A stretch of DNA of 64,000 bases from a virus (Duplodnaviria > Caudoviricetes), in IMG/VR virus record IMGVR_UViG_2693429827_000001, positions 4,085 to 68,084 of that record; one strand, given 5' to 3'. Within the stretch, counting starts at the first letter, position 1. The number at the start of each line of letters is the position of its first letter. Shown piece by piece: positions 63,017-64,000 of this stretch. A program made the position numbers and the translations under genes. The notes under the pieces are model-generated. The model was not told where the DNA came from. It saw only the letters and a program-made list of their open reading frames with translations, and did no database searches.

Positions 63017-64000
63017 TTAATCTATATCGTCTAACCGTTCAAGCGGCGAAAACTTGCGGTGTTGCTTAGCGATATCCGTTCCGAATATGGATACGTAAGT
63101 CTGCGCCATTTCCAGCGTAGTATGGCCGAGTATCTTCTGTAGAGTAAACGCATCCCCACCGTTCATGATATAAAACTTCGCGAACGTATGGCGCATTGTG
63201 TGCGGTGACACGCGAACTCCCCGTATTTGGGCCGCGATACCGTAACGTTGCATATTCTGCTGCATCGTGCGTTTCTTCATCGGACTATTATCGATATTAA
63301 CGAATAATGCGTCATGATCGAGTAAGCCGCGATATTGAACGTATTTTTTAAGCTCTTTTTCCAACGTAGATTGAAACGGAACATAACGCTCTTTCCGCCC
63401 TTTACCCATAACTTTTATGACGCGCTCTTTCCATTTAATATCCGATACATTTACGTTTTCAATCTCGGAAATCCGTATGCCCGTTTCCAATAACGTCAGC
63501 AAGAATACGTAATCGCGGAATCCTGTAAACGTAGATAAATCCGGCTGCGATAACAATAACTTGATCTGCTCACGCGTAAACGTCGGAATGATATGGCGCT
63601 CCGTTTTAAGTAACCGTACATTCTCCGCCGGGTTCGTCGGCAAGTATCCCTCTTCGTTTAAATGGCGCAGAAACGTTCGCCACCCTTTAAGATTCGTATT
63701 CACCGTCGAGTCTAAAACTCCGCTATCTTGCTTCGCCAGTATGCACGCTTTAAAATTATCCTCCGTTATATCTATCGGACGTTGTACGCCAACTATGCGT
63801 AGGAACTTAACGAGTTCCTTAAGCGAATTAGAGTAATACGTTATCGACGCGCGACTCAAATTCTTCACGCGGCAATCGCGCAGAAACGTCTCAATCGCGA
63901 CGTCATAATCTAGCGCCTCTAACGGATATTTACTTTCGCCGTCCAACGCTACCTCAGCGCGGATAATATTCGGACGTCTTGTCCGCTTGCCATTCGTCAC
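63017..64000 (-). CDS. int: Tyrosine recombinase/integrase
   Basis: TGIRISE, GKGRKER, HTMRH, LGH...Y catalytic set. Confidence 0.95.
   Translation of the reverse strand: MTNGKRTRRPNIIRAEVALDGESKYPLEALDYDVAIETFLRDCRVKNLSRASITYYSNSLKELVKFLRIVGVQRPIDITEDNFKACILAKQDSGVLDSTVNTNLKGWRTFLRHLNEEGYLPTNPAENVRLLKTERHIIPTFTREQIKLLLSQPDLSTFTGFRDYVFLLTLLETGIRISEIENVNVSDIKWKERVIKVMGKGRKERYVPFQSTLEKELKKYVQYRGLLDHDALFVNIDNSPMKKRTMQQNMQRYGIAAQIRGVRVSPHTMRHTFAKFYIMNGGDAFTLQKILGHTTLEMAQTYVSIFGTDIAKQHRKFSPLERLDDID

Larger units (their letters stand above)
1..64000 (-). mobile_element. Temperate phage/prophage with contractile (myovirus, PBSX/xkd-like) tail; both ends extend beyond the window
   Basis: Ordered integrase, replication, nucleotide metabolism, packaging, head, tail and lysis modules, almost all co-oriented; no host housekeeping genes. 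Confidence 0.95.

Noticed and set aside
548-63836. Many plus-strand and nested ORFs in the track (e.g. 15544-16251, 12794-13309, 49827-50312)
   Set aside because: Antisense shadows of well-supported genes, with no RBS or recognisable motifs
62951-64000. att site
   Set aside because: Window ends at the integrase start; no host junction or matching core repeat visible
1-64000. tRNA or rRNA genes
   Set aside because: No cloverleaf or rRNA-like sequence recognised in the intergenic gaps by eye; tRNAscan-SE was not run

Overview
The window is an almost complete temperate phage (prophage) of a spore-forming Bacillota host. Paenibacillaceae is an inference from the endolysin and RNR types. Nearly all genes are on the minus strand. 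From right to left it holds: a tyrosine integrase; HTH initiator, DnaC-like loader, DnaB helicase, primase and a phage sigma factor with two small divergent XRE regulators; SSB, PolA, exonucleases and RuvC; nucleotide metabolism (nrdAB, phoH, dut, thyX, dNMP kinase) and an adenine methyltransferase; a RepL-like gene with repeats plus a serine resolvase; terminase, portal and head genes; a PBSX/xkd-like contractile tail with tail spike; and holins with an amidase. About seven free-standing HNH/PD-(D/E)XK nucleases are interspersed. The most notable unexplained signals are: (1) a near-consensus sigmaA promoter with a LexA-type box inside the helicase gene, pointing antisense across a small repressor, plus tandem NrdR-like boxes at the helicase promoter; (2) four genes that appear to need CTG/ATA/ATT starts; (3) a 40-bp promoter-like motif repeated three times, once before the phage sigma gene; (4) a possible second, plasmid-type replicon with a highly structured flank; (5) a YetA/PL26-lyase-like gene inside the head operon; (6) structured RNA leaders before the SSB, scaffold and terS genes. 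All product calls come from motif recognition and synteny, not database searches. No att sites, tRNA, CRISPR or intron were identified.
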